From: a virus
Taxonomy: Duplodnaviria > Caudoviricetes
DNA length: 63,496 bases
Strand: one strand, 5' to 3'
IMG/VR virus record: IMGVR_UViG_3300027813_002911
Location: 1 to 63,496 of that record
In this document: one piece after another, positions 18,488-29,543 of the stretch
How positions within the stretch are numbered: the first letter of the stretch is position 1
Layout of the letters: each line of letters starts with the position of its first letter
Notes under the pieces: generated by a model
Database searches by the model: none
Seen by the model: the letters and a program-made list of their open reading frames with translations, nothing else
Told to the model about the DNA's origin: nothing
Program-made: the position numbers and the translations under genes

Positions 18488-19265
18488 AATTACTCCTTAT
18501 GTATTGATTTAAATATTTACCCCATTCAATATGTGATGTATCAGTTGGATGATTTGTGCGGAAATAATCATCATTATTACGCCAATCTGTATTAAACTCA
18601 TTTTCTACACAGAGTCTAAAATGTGGTTTAAAGTCTTTATTATAAATATAATCTAAATCAATATACTTGAAAAAAGAATCTTCTCGAATCTCCTCATCAA
18701 AATCATCAAAACAATTAAATATTAAATATGGTATATTTCTTACTTTTAAAAAATTTTGAAGATTGATTATATTTAAACAAAGTCTATGTACTAATGATTC
18801 TTTTGCAAAATCTAAATATTCGTCTGGTGATACTCGTGCATCTATCCATTTACCTTTTAATTTCTTTTCATTCTGTGTAATACTTGTATCATTCCAAGTT
18901 TCATATCTAAACATAGATGTTAATCCTATCACAACAAAAAAATCTTTCTTACCGAGTGATTCTAAATACTCAATAGAACCAATTGTAGTTCTAAATATCC
19001 TATCATTACTACAACCCAATCTACCAGCATTCCAAGTTTCGACACCAAGTTTTTCTCCCAAAACCTTTGGCCAAACTGGACTATCATAAAATTTATATAG
19101 TATGTTCTTTTCACCTTTTGGTGGGTTGGATTCTGTTGGTGAAAATTTATTACCGAAATTTGGAACTATATCATACCAATCTAAGGTTTTTGTTGCTTCC
19201 CAATTTAAATCTTGTGAAGGGTAATCACCTTGTGTCCAACTATCTCCGCTTGTTAATAATATCAT
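18474..19265 (-). CDS. SGNH/GDSL-like protein
   Basis: GDSWTQG, NAGRLGCSN, C-terminal HPT. Confidence 0.7.
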   Translation of the reverse strand: MILLTSGDSWTQGDYPSQDLNWEATKTLDWYDIVPNFGNKFSPTESNPPKGEKNILYKFYDSPVWPKVLGEKLGVETWNAGRLGCSNDRIFRTTIGSIEYLESLGKKDFFVVIGLTSMFRYETWNDTSITQNEKKLKGKWIDARVSPDEYLDFAKESLVHRLCLNIINLQNFLKVRNIPYLIFNCFDDFDEEIREDSFFKYIDLDYIYNKDFKPHFRLCVENEFNTDWRNNDDYFRTNHPTDTSHIEWGKYLNQYIRSNYEIF

Positions 19266-20089
19266 CTCTTTTCCTCAAGTATTCTGTATAAACCTGTTCC
19301 ACCTTTTCTGTGAATTAAAAATGGTTTATCGTTAAATGTATGTAAGTTTCCAACCTTTCTATTGTAACCATAACTTTCTTCAAATTCTGGTGAATCGGTT
19401 TCCTTATTTTCATAAAATCCAGGCAAGTGTAAATACTTTAATTCTTTATCTTTACAAGTAATGGTTGCCAAGTGATTGTTATCTCCCCTAATCCAATCTA
19501 CCCAAATGTTGTGTTTAGAGTAAAAATCACCTCTACATAAAAACCAATAACAATCTGCAAAATATTCATACTTTTCCAACTCTTTAAACTTAACTGGTTT
19601 TTTATCAATTGTGATATATTCGTAGTTTTCTTTTTCCAAAAATTCTATTTGTTCTTCTATAATGTTATCAAGATATAATGTATCATTATGTTGTATTACT
19701 AAGTAATCACCACTTGATTTTATTATTCCGTGATTGTATGCCATAGCTAAACTTTTAGCATGATTAAAATCAGTATCCTCTCTGTAATCTTCTATATTAA
19801 TTTTATCCAACCACTCAGGTCGTTTCCCATCAAGATATCCAACTGATTGATATGATGGTATCACTTTAACTAATGGATTTTTGTGTGTAGGAAAATTACC
19901 CTCATTGTCCATAATTAATATTTCGTGTGGATTTAACTTTAATATTTGGTCAATTAAATTTAATGTATGTTTTAATAGTTCTTGATTAATTTTCTCATCA
20001 ACATTATAATGTTTAAAATCATTTCGATTCATTGTATTAGTATCTGCCCAAACTAATATATAACTTACTGATTTATATTCTGGTATCAT
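19262..20089 (-). CDS. GT-A (GT2-like) glycosyltransferase
   Basis: LIMDN...AMAYNHGIIKSSGDYLVIQHND. Confidence 0.65.
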   Translation of the reverse strand: MIPEYKSVSYILVWADTNTMNRNDFKHYNVDEKINQELLKHTLNLIDQILKLNPHEILIMDNEGNFPTHKNPLVKVIPSYQSVGYLDGKRPEWLDKINIEDYREDTDFNHAKSLAMAYNHGIIKSSGDYLVIQHNDTLYLDNIIEEQIEFLEKENYEYITIDKKPVKFKELEKYEYFADCYWFLCRGDFYSKHNIWVDWIRGDNNHLATITCKDKELKYLHLPGFYENKETDSPEFEESYGYNRKVGNLHTFNDKPFLIHRKGGTGLYRILEEKR

Positions 20090-20898
20090 TCGAATCTACC
20101 TTGATAATATTCGTGATTGAATCTTTGTTCCTCATTAAATCCATTTAATGCTAAATACTGACCATCTTTTGTATAATTACTAAATGTTTTTAACTCTTGT
20201 AATTCTTCTGGTGTAACTGAAACCTTCCCATCTCGTGTTTCATCTTTATTCAATATAGTGAAGTGTTTTTCTAACATATCAATACCTTGAAAGATTGCCT
20301 GTTTACTTGGTAATAAATTATCTGAATGGTCACTAAACCCTATCTTATCGTGTAGAGTTTTTAAATGTTCTATTGATGATAAGTTTAATTTTTCAAATGG
20401 TGTTGGGTATAAACAAACACAATACAATATTGTAAAATCAACTCCTTGTAAATTTTTAATACACTTTTCAATATCGTGTAAGTGTAAACTTGAAGTGGAA
20501 AATACTAAGTGTTTAAAATTAAATTTATCTAATTTTTTTCCAAAATCAAATGCTCTCATTGAATACCCACTTAACTTTAAATAATCATATCCTAAACTAT
20601 TATAATAATCATAATGATTAGGACTAAATATTGTTGTCATTGGTATAATGTTGTTAACCTTTGCCGTATGTATAAACTCTTTTTCATCATCATAAGATAA
20701 TTCTAATGATTTAAATCTTTGATATTCATCCGAGTATTTTCTAAATGATTCATACTCTTCTCTTTTAGTTAGTGAATCTGCTTTGATTGATTGAATTTTA
20801 ACTATATCTGCTCCACTATACTTTGCTTTCACCACCATATCCTTTACAATATTCATATCACCATTATGGTTTTGACATAATTCAGCTATTAATTTCAT
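20086..20898 (-). CDS. neuB: NeuB-family nonulosonic acid synthase (no C-terminal SAF domain)
   Basis: IAELCQNHNGD, GADIVKIQ, YPTP, GFSDHS, LEKHFT. Confidence 0.85.
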   Translation of the reverse strand: MKLIAELCQNHNGDMNIVKDMVVKAKYSGADIVKIQSIKADSLTKREEYESFRKYSDEYQRFKSLELSYDDEKEFIHTAKVNNIIPMTTIFSPNHYDYYNSLGYDYLKLSGYSMRAFDFGKKLDKFNFKHLVFSTSSLHLHDIEKCIKNLQGVDFTILYCVCLYPTPFEKLNLSSIEHLKTLHDKIGFSDHSDNLLPSKQAIFQGIDMLEKHFTILNKDETRDGKVSVTPEELQELKTFSNYTKDGQYLALNGFNEEQRFNHEYYQGRFE

Positions 20899-21442
20899 TC
20901 TTTTTATCTCCTACATCTGTTTTGTAATTACATGAAAAAAAATTATCTGGGCGTTCTGGATTCTTTTTATAAAAATCTCTTGTTCCCGTTCTACCATCAA
21001 TAAAATATGGAATTTCATAACCTAAGTGATTAACGATATCCATTAAATTAAATGTGGTGTTTGGGTCTGATTCAAAATCTCTTAAATTAGGTCCATCTAA
21101 AATAACAAAATCAACTTCTTTAATATCTTCTATTGGATGAATATACCTAACTCCAGTAGTGTTAAATTCTGTGGATTCTGCAATGTCCACACGTTTTATA
21201 TTGTTGTATTTATTCCAACCCTTTTCTATATGGTCATTATACCAATATGAATTACACTCATAACCAACTACTTTACCCCCATAATCTAAAAAGTTTACTA
21301 ATTCAGTTAAGTCATAAGTACTTTTACCACCACCATACTCAACTATAAATTTAGGTTTATTTTTAACTATGTGATTATATGCACTTAAATATTTACCATC
21401 CTTTGCAACTAATCTTGATTTATAATACTCTAAATTCTTCAT
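20882..21442 (-). CDS. Class I SAM-dependent methyltransferase-like protein
   Basis: VEYGGGKST, VVGYE, FVILDGP. Confidence 0.65.
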   Translation of the reverse strand: MKNLEYYKSRLVAKDGKYLSAYNHIVKNKPKFIVEYGGGKSTYDLTELVNFLDYGGKVVGYECNSYWYNDHIEKGWNKYNNIKRVDIAESTEFNTTGVRYIHPIEDIKEVDFVILDGPNLRDFESDPNTTFNLMDIVNHLGYEIPYFIDGRTGTRDFYKKNPERPDNFFSCNYKTDVGDKKNEINS

Positions 21443-22266
21443 ATTTTCTCCAATACTCTTTGATATGCTTTTTCTTGTGCTTCTATTGATGTTCCAGCTA
21501 TATGTGGTGTTATCAATACTTTATGATTTGATTCCAATATAGATTGTTCATCTACATATTCTGTTTGTAGAACATCTGTAGCATAACCACATATCCTATC
21601 CTTTAATAAAAGTTTATTTATATCTTCTTCATTTACTATTTCACCACGAGATGTATTAACTAAATAAATATCTTTTCTAAATTGTTGCATATAGTTTTTA
21701 TTTATCATTTCATATGAAGATGGATTTAAATCTACATGCAATGAAACAATATCAGATTCAAAAAATAACTTTTCTTTATCCCCATAATCTTTATCAACTA
21801 CTATAACTTTCTTAAATAGATTCTGGCATAAATACTCAACCATCTTACCTAATCTACCATCACCTATAATACCTAAAGTTTTATCGTGCAATTCAATAGA
21901 TGGTTTTGTATGTCTAACTATTGATAAAATTAAATGTAAAGTATGTTCTGCTGTAGACCATATTGATTCAAGAATTTCATCATTCTTAATAGATATAATC
22001 GGTACTGAATCAACATCGATATGATTTAAACCTGTAGATGGTGAAACAATACATTGTATGTTTGAATCTTTAATTAACTCCTCATCAATAACAAAGTTTT
22101 GAAAATTTGGTGCACAAAACAATATATCAAATTTTCCAATGTGTAATTTAACATCGTCATATGTAGGTTCAAGCAATTCTAAAAATTCATATGCTTTAAA
22201 CACCTCACTATAAAAATCTCTTAAATGGTTTATTGGTGTTATAAATAATATTCTTGGTTTATTCAT
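21439..22266 (-). CDS. D-isomer-specific 2-hydroxyacid dehydrogenase family protein
   Basis: TGLNHID, GIIGDGRLG, NTSRGEIV, TPHIAG. Confidence 0.85.
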   Translation of the reverse strand: MNKPRILFITPINHLRDFYSEVFKAYEFLELLEPTYDDVKLHIGKFDILFCAPNFQNFVIDEELIKDSNIQCIVSPSTGLNHIDVDSVPIISIKNDEILESIWSTAEHTLHLILSIVRHTKPSIELHDKTLGIIGDGRLGKMVEYLCQNLFKKVIVVDKDYGDKEKLFFESDIVSLHVDLNPSSYEMINKNYMQQFRKDIYLVNTSRGEIVNEEDINKLLLKDRICGYATDVLQTEYVDEQSILESNHKVLITPHIAGTSIEAQEKAYQRVLEKI

Positions 22267-23669
22267 TTTATACCCATCTCATCTGCAATTTCATCTTGCA
22301 CAATCAGCTGACCGCTGTGTACAATGTGGTTGATATCATCTACATCAAATTCCGAGTCACATTTTAAAAAACTATCTTTGATACCCCACTCAATTAGTGG
22401 TGTATTCTTAACTCCAAAATTGTAATCAAAATTTGAAACTTTTTTTCTACAATTAATAACTTCTACCTTTCCGTCATCGGTTTTAGCAACTTTAACATCT
22501 CTCCGTGTATAAAATAATAGTTCATAAATTTCACGATTAATATCTTGTAGTTTATCCTTATCTATCCATATGGCAAAACCTTTATACTTATTTAACTTAG
22601 GTATATCAGTTGGTTTTGTATCAACAACTTTAACCTCAAACTTAAAATGTTTTTCTATCATATCCCTATCAACGTAAAACTGATATTCCAAATCAGGTGT
22701 TCCAGGTACGTGATGTTTATTTTTGCCATCGGTAATAGCATTCATTTTTATAGTCATATTTATTAATTCATTTCTAATATTTAAAAAATACTCTTTTATA
22801 TCAATATCCGAATTTGTATAAATAGTTAATGGTTTTTCATCTACAATAATTCCGATATCTTTAGATGAATCAAAAACACAAGCTAAGTAATTATTTGAAT
22901 CAGCTTGTAGTACACCACGCACAATGAGTTGTTCTGCAGCTGAGCGTTTCCAACCGAATCTTTCAAACCTTGACATACTATTATCGGCTACACGAAACTT
23001 CCACAACTTTAATACATTACTCTGAGTTGGAATATGATATTTAGTTCCGTTTTTTAAATTATCTTTATTCCCAAAATAAAAATCATATATTAAATTGGAT
23101 TGCTCTTCGCTAAAATAATGATGTGGTTTCCATAATCCATCTAATCCTTGAATATTAGTAATTTTAACTAAACCTTTTGGTGGATTAAAATTATATGATT
23201 TATTAAAATACATTATTGCTGATGTTAAGTTATCTTGTATATAACAAGATACGGCAAATCTTGTATTACCTGGATGAGTAACCAGTTTAAAGTTGTTTAT
23301 TGATTCAAAATTATTTATATCTAAAGTAGAAGTTCTATTTTTTGCTCGAAATGAATGGTGTGTTGGATTAGAAAAAACGCCATCATTATCTATAAACTCT
23401 TGTACAATATATCTTTTTTGTCTGTGAAACTTACTAAAATCTTCATATACAGCATCATCTAAATATTGAACATCTCGCTCTTTATATGTTTCATTAAAAA
23501 ATCCATACTCTGAAAATAAAAAATCTAATCGAACATGCATATTAGTATATTTTTTATACTTACCATTTTCATAATTATAAAATTGCCAAGGTAAAGATTT
23601 ACTCAAATATACATCATGTCCTTTAAAAAACTTTTGTAAAAATTTTACATTTAACTCATCAAGTTGCAT
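22263..23669 (-). CDS. Hypothetical protein (weak ParB/Srx-like HPGNTR motif)
   Basis: Long ORF; start moved to ATG 23669 (GAGG SD). Confidence 0.6.
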   Translation of the reverse strand: MQLDELNVKFLQKFFKGHDVYLSKSLPWQFYNYENGKYKKYTNMHVRLDFLFSEYGFFNETYKERDVQYLDDAVYEDFSKFHRQKRYIVQEFIDNDGVFSNPTHHSFRAKNRTSTLDINNFESINNFKLVTHPGNTRFAVSCYIQDNLTSAIMYFNKSYNFNPPKGLVKITNIQGLDGLWKPHHYFSEEQSNLIYDFYFGNKDNLKNGTKYHIPTQSNVLKLWKFRVADNSMSRFERFGWKRSAAEQLIVRGVLQADSNNYLACVFDSSKDIGIIVDEKPLTIYTNSDIDIKEYFLNIRNELINMTIKMNAITDGKNKHHVPGTPDLEYQFYVDRDMIEKHFKFEVKVVDTKPTDIPKLNKYKGFAIWIDKDKLQDINREIYELLFYTRRDVKVAKTDDGKVEVINCRKKVSNFDYNFGVKNTPLIEWGIKDSFLKCDSEFDVDDINHIVHSGQLIVQDEIADEMGIK

Positions 23670-24714
23670 CTCGTACCTCGTCAAAAAATTCTTCATCAGT
23701 AATACCTGGTGCAATAGTTAATCTACACCAATTTTTCCTATCGTCGTGTGGTATTGTACACCACTTCACTAATACATTATAATCCTCTAAAATTTTTTTT
23801 ATTTTTTTATTATCATCTTCCGTATTAAAATGTATCCAATTTGCAAATGAATCTATCACATCAAAGTGTGATAACATATACTTCACTTTTTCTTTTTCTC
23901 GTTCTACTTCTAAAAGATATTGTTGTGTTAACCCATAATTATCAAGTAAAAATTCACAATATTTTGCTGATACTCCTGATACCTCATACATCTGTCTGAA
24001 TTTAGAAATTAATTCAATATTTTTTTTATTTGAAAATACCATTCCAACACGACACCCTGCAGCACCAAATGCTTTTGAGAAAGTTCTCGTTACAATTAAG
24101 TTAGGATATTCATTTATTTTTTTCACTAAAGTATCACTAAAGTTTTCACAATTTCTGTCGTTAACAAATTCTATATATGCTTCATCTATTAATACTGGTA
24201 CACCTTGTTGTAATATTATTTCTATTTCATCAAATGATTTATACTCACCCATAGGACTATTTGGATTTGCTAATATAACTAAATCAGTATTATCAGTTAT
24301 ATTAGATAATATCTTTTCCGTTGAAATAGTATGTCCATTTTCTTCATGTGGTATTCCAAAGTATTCACATTGGTACAATTCACTATATACTTTATACATT
24401 GGAAATGATGGGTCTGTGGTTACAACTCTACCACCATCGGTAAATGTTTCAAATACTGCTTTAATTCCAACATCTGAACCCGCACACAAAAATAATTCAT
24501 CAGTATTTACTTCATAAAATTCAGATAGTTTTTCTTTAAGATTTTCTGTATTTGGATAAAGCATAAAATCTTCTTGAGTAAGATTCTGTATGAATTTATT
24601 AAAATCAATAAATTGTAATTTAGTAATTCGTTCACTTTGATTTAAAACAAAATCAAATTCTGACTTATCTTGTATATCTAATTTTCTAACTATTTTCTTT
24701 AAGTGTTTTTTCAT
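23659..24714 (-). CDS. PLP-dependent aminotransferase class I/II (HisC/CobD-like)
   Basis: ANPNSPMG, IDEAYIEF, RTFSKAFGAAGCRVG. Confidence 0.88.
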   Translation of the reverse strand: MKKHLKKIVRKLDIQDKSEFDFVLNQSERITKLQFIDFNKFIQNLTQEDFMLYPNTENLKEKLSEFYEVNTDELFLCAGSDVGIKAVFETFTDGGRVVTTDPSFPMYKVYSELYQCEYFGIPHEENGHTISTEKILSNITDNTDLVILANPNSPMGEYKSFDEIEIILQQGVPVLIDEAYIEFVNDRNCENFSDTLVKKINEYPNLIVTRTFSKAFGAAGCRVGMVFSNKKNIELISKFRQMYEVSGVSAKYCEFLLDNYGLTQQYLLEVEREKEKVKYMLSHFDVIDSFANWIHFNTEDDNKKIKKILEDYNVLVKWCTIPHDDRKNWCRLTIAPGITDEEFFDEVRDAT

Positions 24715-25606
24715 ATTTTTTTATCCCATCAAACAGGTAGTTTGCAATATTTTCATTTCCCTCTTCAGTAAAGTGTCCATCACCTGGTACTAAACCAGCA
24801 GTATCTAACCTTTGATTACTTAAGCTTATTCCACCACTTAGTGGTAACCAATTTATTCTATCTATAACTTCTTCAATAGGTGGAAAATTTGTTTCATTTG
24901 GATGATAAGTTTTATAATCACCCTCAATTATATCCCGAAATTTATCCACCTCATCCATTTTAGTTGTTACAATATTATTGGGCTTTGATGTTTCATTATC
25001 CCAATTAAAATCCAAACTAAAACATCTGTATTCACCACCTTTAGATTCTATTAAATCTTGTAATTGATAAAGTTCCCAAATAAATTTAAAAGTATTAAAG
25101 TTTATATCATATGATTTTACCATAGCCTGTTTAAAATAAGCTCCTTCAATTTTTGAATATTCTCCCGTAATCAGAGTTTTGATTTCGCTGACGATAATAT
25201 GTTCATTACTTGGATAATTAAAAATATTAAATAATTTAACAAGAAACTCACTTCTATCAAAATGTGGTACTTGGTGTATAATTAAATGATTTGATAAATC
25301 GCCAACTTTAAAAATGTAATTATGAATGGCTCTAACATTAGCTTCAACTCCTTGACCCCCAAACCCAAAATTTAAAAGTTTATCATACTTTAAATAGTTG
25401 TTTAACTTTCCAATCCAAGTTAAATTTTTTGTAATCCACTCGTGTGTTGTAAGTGTGTTGTTGTAGTGTTTTTTTAATTCATCACTTGCAAATTCAAGTT
25501 CAGGTACAATTTGTGTTCTTTCTCCTAACTCATCTTTGGCATTAAAATTTTTTACAAACGCAGAACCTTGTGTGTGAGAACATCCCAACCCAATTAAAGT
25601 TTTCAT
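24686..25606 (-). CDS. SGNH/GDSL-like protein
   Basis: GCSHTQG, NFGFGG, DGHFTEEGN. Confidence 0.65.
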   Translation of the reverse strand: MKTLIGLGCSHTQGSAFVKNFNAKDELGERTQIVPELEFASDELKKHYNNTLTTHEWITKNLTWIGKLNNYLKYDKLLNFGFGGQGVEANVRAIHNYIFKVGDLSNHLIIHQVPHFDRSEFLVKLFNIFNYPSNEHIIVSEIKTLITGEYSKIEGAYFKQAMVKSYDINFNTFKFIWELYQLQDLIESKGGEYRCFSLDFNWDNETSKPNNIVTTKMDEVDKFRDIIEGDYKTYHPNETNFPPIEEVIDRINWLPLSGGISLSNQRLDTAGLVPGDGHFTEEGNENIANYLFDGIKKYEKTLKENS

Positions 25607-26541
25607 TACACCCCCAAGTATTCTAACATCGGTGATAACTCTTTATAAGAACAATTCTTACAATGTGATGTTGGGTTGTTTGTTTCACAACCTTTTTTTA
25701 CATTTTTAAAATCTTCCAGTTCTCTAATCTCATCTATAGAGTTTGCAAATAAATTACCAAATGGTTCAGCACCCGTATTCAAACAACACATTTTGACATG
25801 TCCCTCGACTGTAGTGTATAATCCATTCTGTACCCAAAAACAATCTGGGAAATCCCATTTTGATTTACCCATAATATTTCCACGCCATTTTGTTTTCAAG
25901 TAATCCAATTGTTGTTTTGTATAACCTGATGTTGCTATGTCTGAAGTAATACTTGTATCTTCGTCCCATATTTGTGCGATGTTTAATCTTAACTTTCCTA
26001 AGTTATTTTCTTCTCGTAACTCATCTACCTTTTCAATATCATCTACATTGTATGCATTTACAACATAATTTACAACTACCTCACAATCATATCGATTAAT
26101 TGTTTTAAAATCTTCTAAAAACTTTAACAACTTATCCCACTTTGCGGGTGCTCTATCTCGTTCATAGTGTTCTTTATACCCATCAATTGAAAAATATAAT
26201 ATATCGATATACTTCATACACTCTTGATATTTTCTTCTGAACTCCAATCCCTCTTTTATATTATATTGACAATTGGATGCAACAATAAGTTTTGCATTTG
26301 GAAAAACATCTTTAAACATTTTACACACTTCATCAAAGTTTGGATGTAACATTGGTTCACCCATACCCATAAGTTTTGCTTCTTCAATTGGATGATGTTT
26401 TATACCATCGAGCAACTTACCCCAATTCTCTAAACTCATATGTTTTAGTGGGCCGATGACATCAGTACGATTACAAAAACTACAATCTAAATTACAATAG
26501 TTTGTAGTTTCTAAATATGCGTATGTTATTGGTTTAGACAT
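25606..26541 (-). CDS. Radical SAM protein with SPASM/twitch domain
   Basis: CNLDCSFC, GMGEPMLHP, C-terminal C...CC...CKNC. Confidence 0.88.
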   Translation of the reverse strand: MSKPITYAYLETTNYCNLDCSFCNRTDVIGPLKHMSLENWGKLLDGIKHHPIEEAKLMGMGEPMLHPNFDEVCKMFKDVFPNAKLIVASNCQYNIKEGLEFRRKYQECMKYIDILYFSIDGYKEHYERDRAPAKWDKLLKFLEDFKTINRYDCEVVVNYVVNAYNVDDIEKVDELREENNLGKLRLNIAQIWDEDTSITSDIATSGYTKQQLDYLKTKWRGNIMGKSKWDFPDCFWVQNGLYTTVEGHVKMCCLNTGAEPFGNLFANSIDEIRELEDFKNVKKGCETNNPTSHCKNCSYKELSPMLEYLGV

Positions 26542-27426
26542 TTACTTAGGTGTCCTATTAAACCAATCTATTGTTTTCTTAAATCCGATATCATTATACA
26601 TCCACTCAACACCTCGGTCATTTATAATTTTTTTTAATTGAAATGGCGATGGATGTTTCTTACTCCAACCACCTAAACGAATAACATTTCCAGATTTATC
26701 CTTAGTTTCTGTATCGGGTAGAACAAACCTATTTTGTGTTCTGATAAGCAATCCATTTGCTGTATTGAGATATGAATTATAAATTCCCATTAAATGTAAA
26801 TACTCTGCTTGAAATACATGCATCAATGGATTTATAGTATCTTTTGTTTTATCATCAATGTACATATAATCAAACATTCCTGCAAATACATCAAAAACTT
26901 CTGGCTTTCCAAAAAAATAATAATCTTGTGTCCACAAATCTTGTTGTAATTCACCCTCATCTGTAACATCATTATGAATCATAGTTCCACTTGATGAAAA
27001 AATATTTCTCGATGATAATTGTGGATTTATTCTTTCATCTCCACCACCTCGTAGTTGTGTGATATTCGATAACATTTTATCTATGGTATTTTTTGGTATT
27101 AAATAATCACATCTTGTCTGTAAAACCCCATCATATACTACATCGTGTGAATTTCTCAATTCATTTACTTTTTTAAATGTATAACAATAGTGTGGTTGAT
27201 GACGACCAGTTGGATGATTTTTTAAATCATAAGGACAATCTTCTTCTTTTAATCTTTCCCACTTTGTTATCCAATCCCAATTGGTATAATCAATTTCATC
27301 TTCCCAAGTAGAAACAAAGAAATCAAAATGTACTCCATCATATAAAGTAGTCCAATGCTTATACAACTCTTGTGTAATATCAAGATATTTTCCACTTCCA
27401 TTTAACATTACTGCTATATTAATCAT
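26542..27426 (-). CDS. Putative glycosyltransferase (IAVxxxG...STW...RxD family)
   Basis: Shares IAVMLNG, FFVSTW, TRCD and DYYFFG with two paralogs in the island. Confidence 0.55.
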   Translation of the reverse strand: MINIAVMLNGSGKYLDITQELYKHWTTLYDGVHFDFFVSTWEDEIDYTNWDWITKWERLKEEDCPYDLKNHPTGRHQPHYCYTFKKVNELRNSHDVVYDGVLQTRCDYLIPKNTIDKMLSNITQLRGGGDERINPQLSSRNIFSSSGTMIHNDVTDEGELQQDLWTQDYYFFGKPEVFDVFAGMFDYMYIDDKTKDTINPLMHVFQAEYLHLMGIYNSYLNTANGLLIRTQNRFVLPDTETKDKSGNVIRLGGWSKKHPSPFQLKKIINDRGVEWMYNDIGFKKTIDWFNRTPK

Positions 27427-28097
27427 ACTTCTCTTTCGTGTAGTTTACTAAACTGAAATTTGTGTGTAAGATTTTCTACTTTTAAATCTAAATAATTTTC
27501 TTCAATTACATATGCGTGATAATTGTGTCCGCCGTGAGTACCAACTACCTCAGAGTTACTATCAACTTTAGATAGTCTATTTATGCCATTAAAATATGAT
27601 TTCCAACCAGTTGCATATAAATCAAATGATAATGATGTACCGAGAAAATAATAATCTGCTGGTAAATAAGGATGACCATCTTTTTTCTCTATCCCACTAT
27701 GAGTGTTAATTTCATAATCTCCGTGATTATTACTTTTTTTATTTAAAAGTTCTAATAGATGTTCTTTTTCAAAATATATTTCACCCCTTGTCCATAAAAC
27801 ATAATCATAAATAAAATTATTATTGACTTCGTGTATAGTTTTTAGTAAATTTACTCTGTGAATAGTATATGATGCCCTATCAGTATTATTTTTAAACTTT
27901 ATAATATCTGGAGTAATAAATTCTGCTGTGGTAAAAAAATCAAATGGTCTTTTATCTTCAAAATCATCCCAAGTAGAAACAAAAAAATCTATTTCTAAAT
28001 GTGGATTTTCATTTAAGTTTTTATATACTTCGTTTATAACTTGATATGTTCGTGTTTGACCAAATAAACATATAGCAATTCTTTTTTTATTTATCAC
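27423..28097 (-). CDS. Putative glycosyltransferase (same family)
   Basis: IAICLFGQTR, FFVSTWD, DYYFLG. Confidence 0.55.
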   Translation of the reverse strand: MINKKRIAICLFGQTRTYQVINEVYKNLNENPHLEIDFFVSTWDDFEDKRPFDFFTTAEFITPDIIKFKNNTDRASYTIHRVNLLKTIHEVNNNFIYDYVLWTRGEIYFEKEHLLELLNKKSNNHGDYEINTHSGIEKKDGHPYLPADYYFLGTSLSFDLYATGWKSYFNGINRLSKVDSNSEVVGTHGGHNYHAYVIEENYLDLKVENLTHKFQFSKLHEREV

Positions 28098-28812
28098 TAA
28101 GGTAATTCTCCAAATACTCTGGTGTTCCTAATTCATATATTTCATCAACCATATAGATTCCAATTTTCTTACCATCTTTTATTGCCCAATTATAAACTGG
28201 TGCAACATAGAACTCTCCATTGGTTCTGCTATTCTCTTCAATCATTTGTTCTGCATACTTAACAAAATCTCTACCCTCACTCCAATAATAATATCCAGCA
28301 GTTGCATTGTTTGAGATAACTTTCTTTTCTGCTACCTCTTCTACATAACCATCTTGACCACATTTAGCATAACTCCAATCTTCACTATCTCCTTTAAAAC
28401 AAGGAATACCACCATCAAACTTTTGAAAGTTATCCCACATATTCAAATTATAATCAATCATTTGGTCGGTGTTAAAACTCAACATTGGTGTATCATTATC
28501 ATAATATTGTCGTGCAGATAACATTGTTTGTGCAGCACCTTCTGTTACATCTGGTAAACAAATCACTTCCCAATTTTCATGCCCGATGATATCATCAAAG
28601 ATACTAAAATCATATTTATCATAATCTTCTCGTAAACAAATTATTACAAACTCATACTGGTCATCAAACTCTATATTAAGATTTTCAATTACTCTCTGTA
28701 TCATTGGTTTTCCATTCACATCAATAAATGGTTTTGAATCTGTATAACCATTTTCAGTAAATCTTGAACCTCTACCTGCCATTGGTACTACAATATTAAA
28801 ATTTTGTCTCAT
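28087..28812 (-). CDS. Sugar-phosphate nucleotidyltransferase (GT-A, capsule-locus type)
   Basis: PMAGRGSRF, KPFIDVNGKPMI, EKKVIS, LGTPE. Confidence 0.85.
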   Translation of the reverse strand: MRQNFNIVVPMAGRGSRFTENGYTDSKPFIDVNGKPMIQRVIENLNIEFDDQYEFVIICLREDYDKYDFSIFDDIIGHENWEVICLPDVTEGAAQTMLSARQYYDNDTPMLSFNTDQMIDYNLNMWDNFQKFDGGIPCFKGDSEDWSYAKCGQDGYVEEVAEKKVISNNATAGYYYWSEGRDFVKYAEQMIEENSRTNGEFYVAPVYNWAIKDGKKIGIYMVDEIYELGTPEYLENYLSDK

Positions 28813-29543
28813 CCTGCATATGCTCCTATATGTTCATCTTCTAAAAAGAAATCTACTATCTTTTTATCAATATCTATTTCTAAACTTAGATACTTATTTT
28901 TAAAATATGGTTCTTCTATTTTATTTGGTTCTACTTTAAATTTTGTTGGATTTCCAATTGGATACTGAAATAAGATTGGTACATCACTTTTTGTCAAAAA
29001 TGCATCTGCTGTCATATGAGTACTTCTTTTAGGATATTCTAATCCGTTATTAAAGATTGGATTTAAAACTCCATACTTTTTAAAAGTTTCATATTGATGA
29101 TAACTTCTACCATCATCTCTACCATCCATACTCCACTTAGTATTGTTTTTTATATGTTCTTTTACATCATCTAAACTAACTGATGGATGACCTTCTTTTA
29201 CACCTTTAAATGGAATTTCATTTAACCAATCACTCATATAATCAAAATAAAATTGATATGGTATTTCAAGATATAACATTTCAAAATATTTTGGATTTTC
29301 TAAATAATATCTTTTTGCTATATCAATTGGACTACCAGGTATTATACGATTCCAACCACTTATTCTTTTTTTTAATACTTCATCAGAATAGGTATCTTTT
29401 AATTTATCAAGTTTTTTAAAACTATCGAGATATCTTTCATACACTTCTTCTGTTGAGATTAAATCAAATGATTCTAAATCTGTCCACGAATCTGTCCAAT
29501 ATTTAACTGAAGTATTCTCATACTCACCATTCTGTATCATCAA
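28809..29543 (-). CDS. Hypothetical protein, paralog of the ParB/Srx-like family
   Basis: YLEIPY...GVLNPIFNN...RSTH...VPILFQ aligns with the genes at 29848 and 31860. Confidence 0.55.
   Translation of the reverse strand: MMIQNGEYENTSVKYWTDSWTDLESFDLISTEEVYERYLDSFKKLDKLKDTYSDEVLKKRISGWNRIIPGSPIDIAKRYYLENPKYFEMLYLEIPYQFYFDYMSDWLNEIPFKGVKEGHPSVSLDDVKEHIKNNTKWSMDGRDDGRSYHQYETFKKYGVLNPIFNNGLEYPKRSTHMTADAFLTKSDVPILFQYPIGNPTKFKVEPNKIEEPYFKNKYLSLEIDIDKKIVDFFLEDEHIGAYAG

Noticed and set aside
23659-24714. Calling the aminotransferase hisC (histidine biosynthesis)
   Set aside because: The family motifs fit, but there are no other his genes and the context suggests another substrate.
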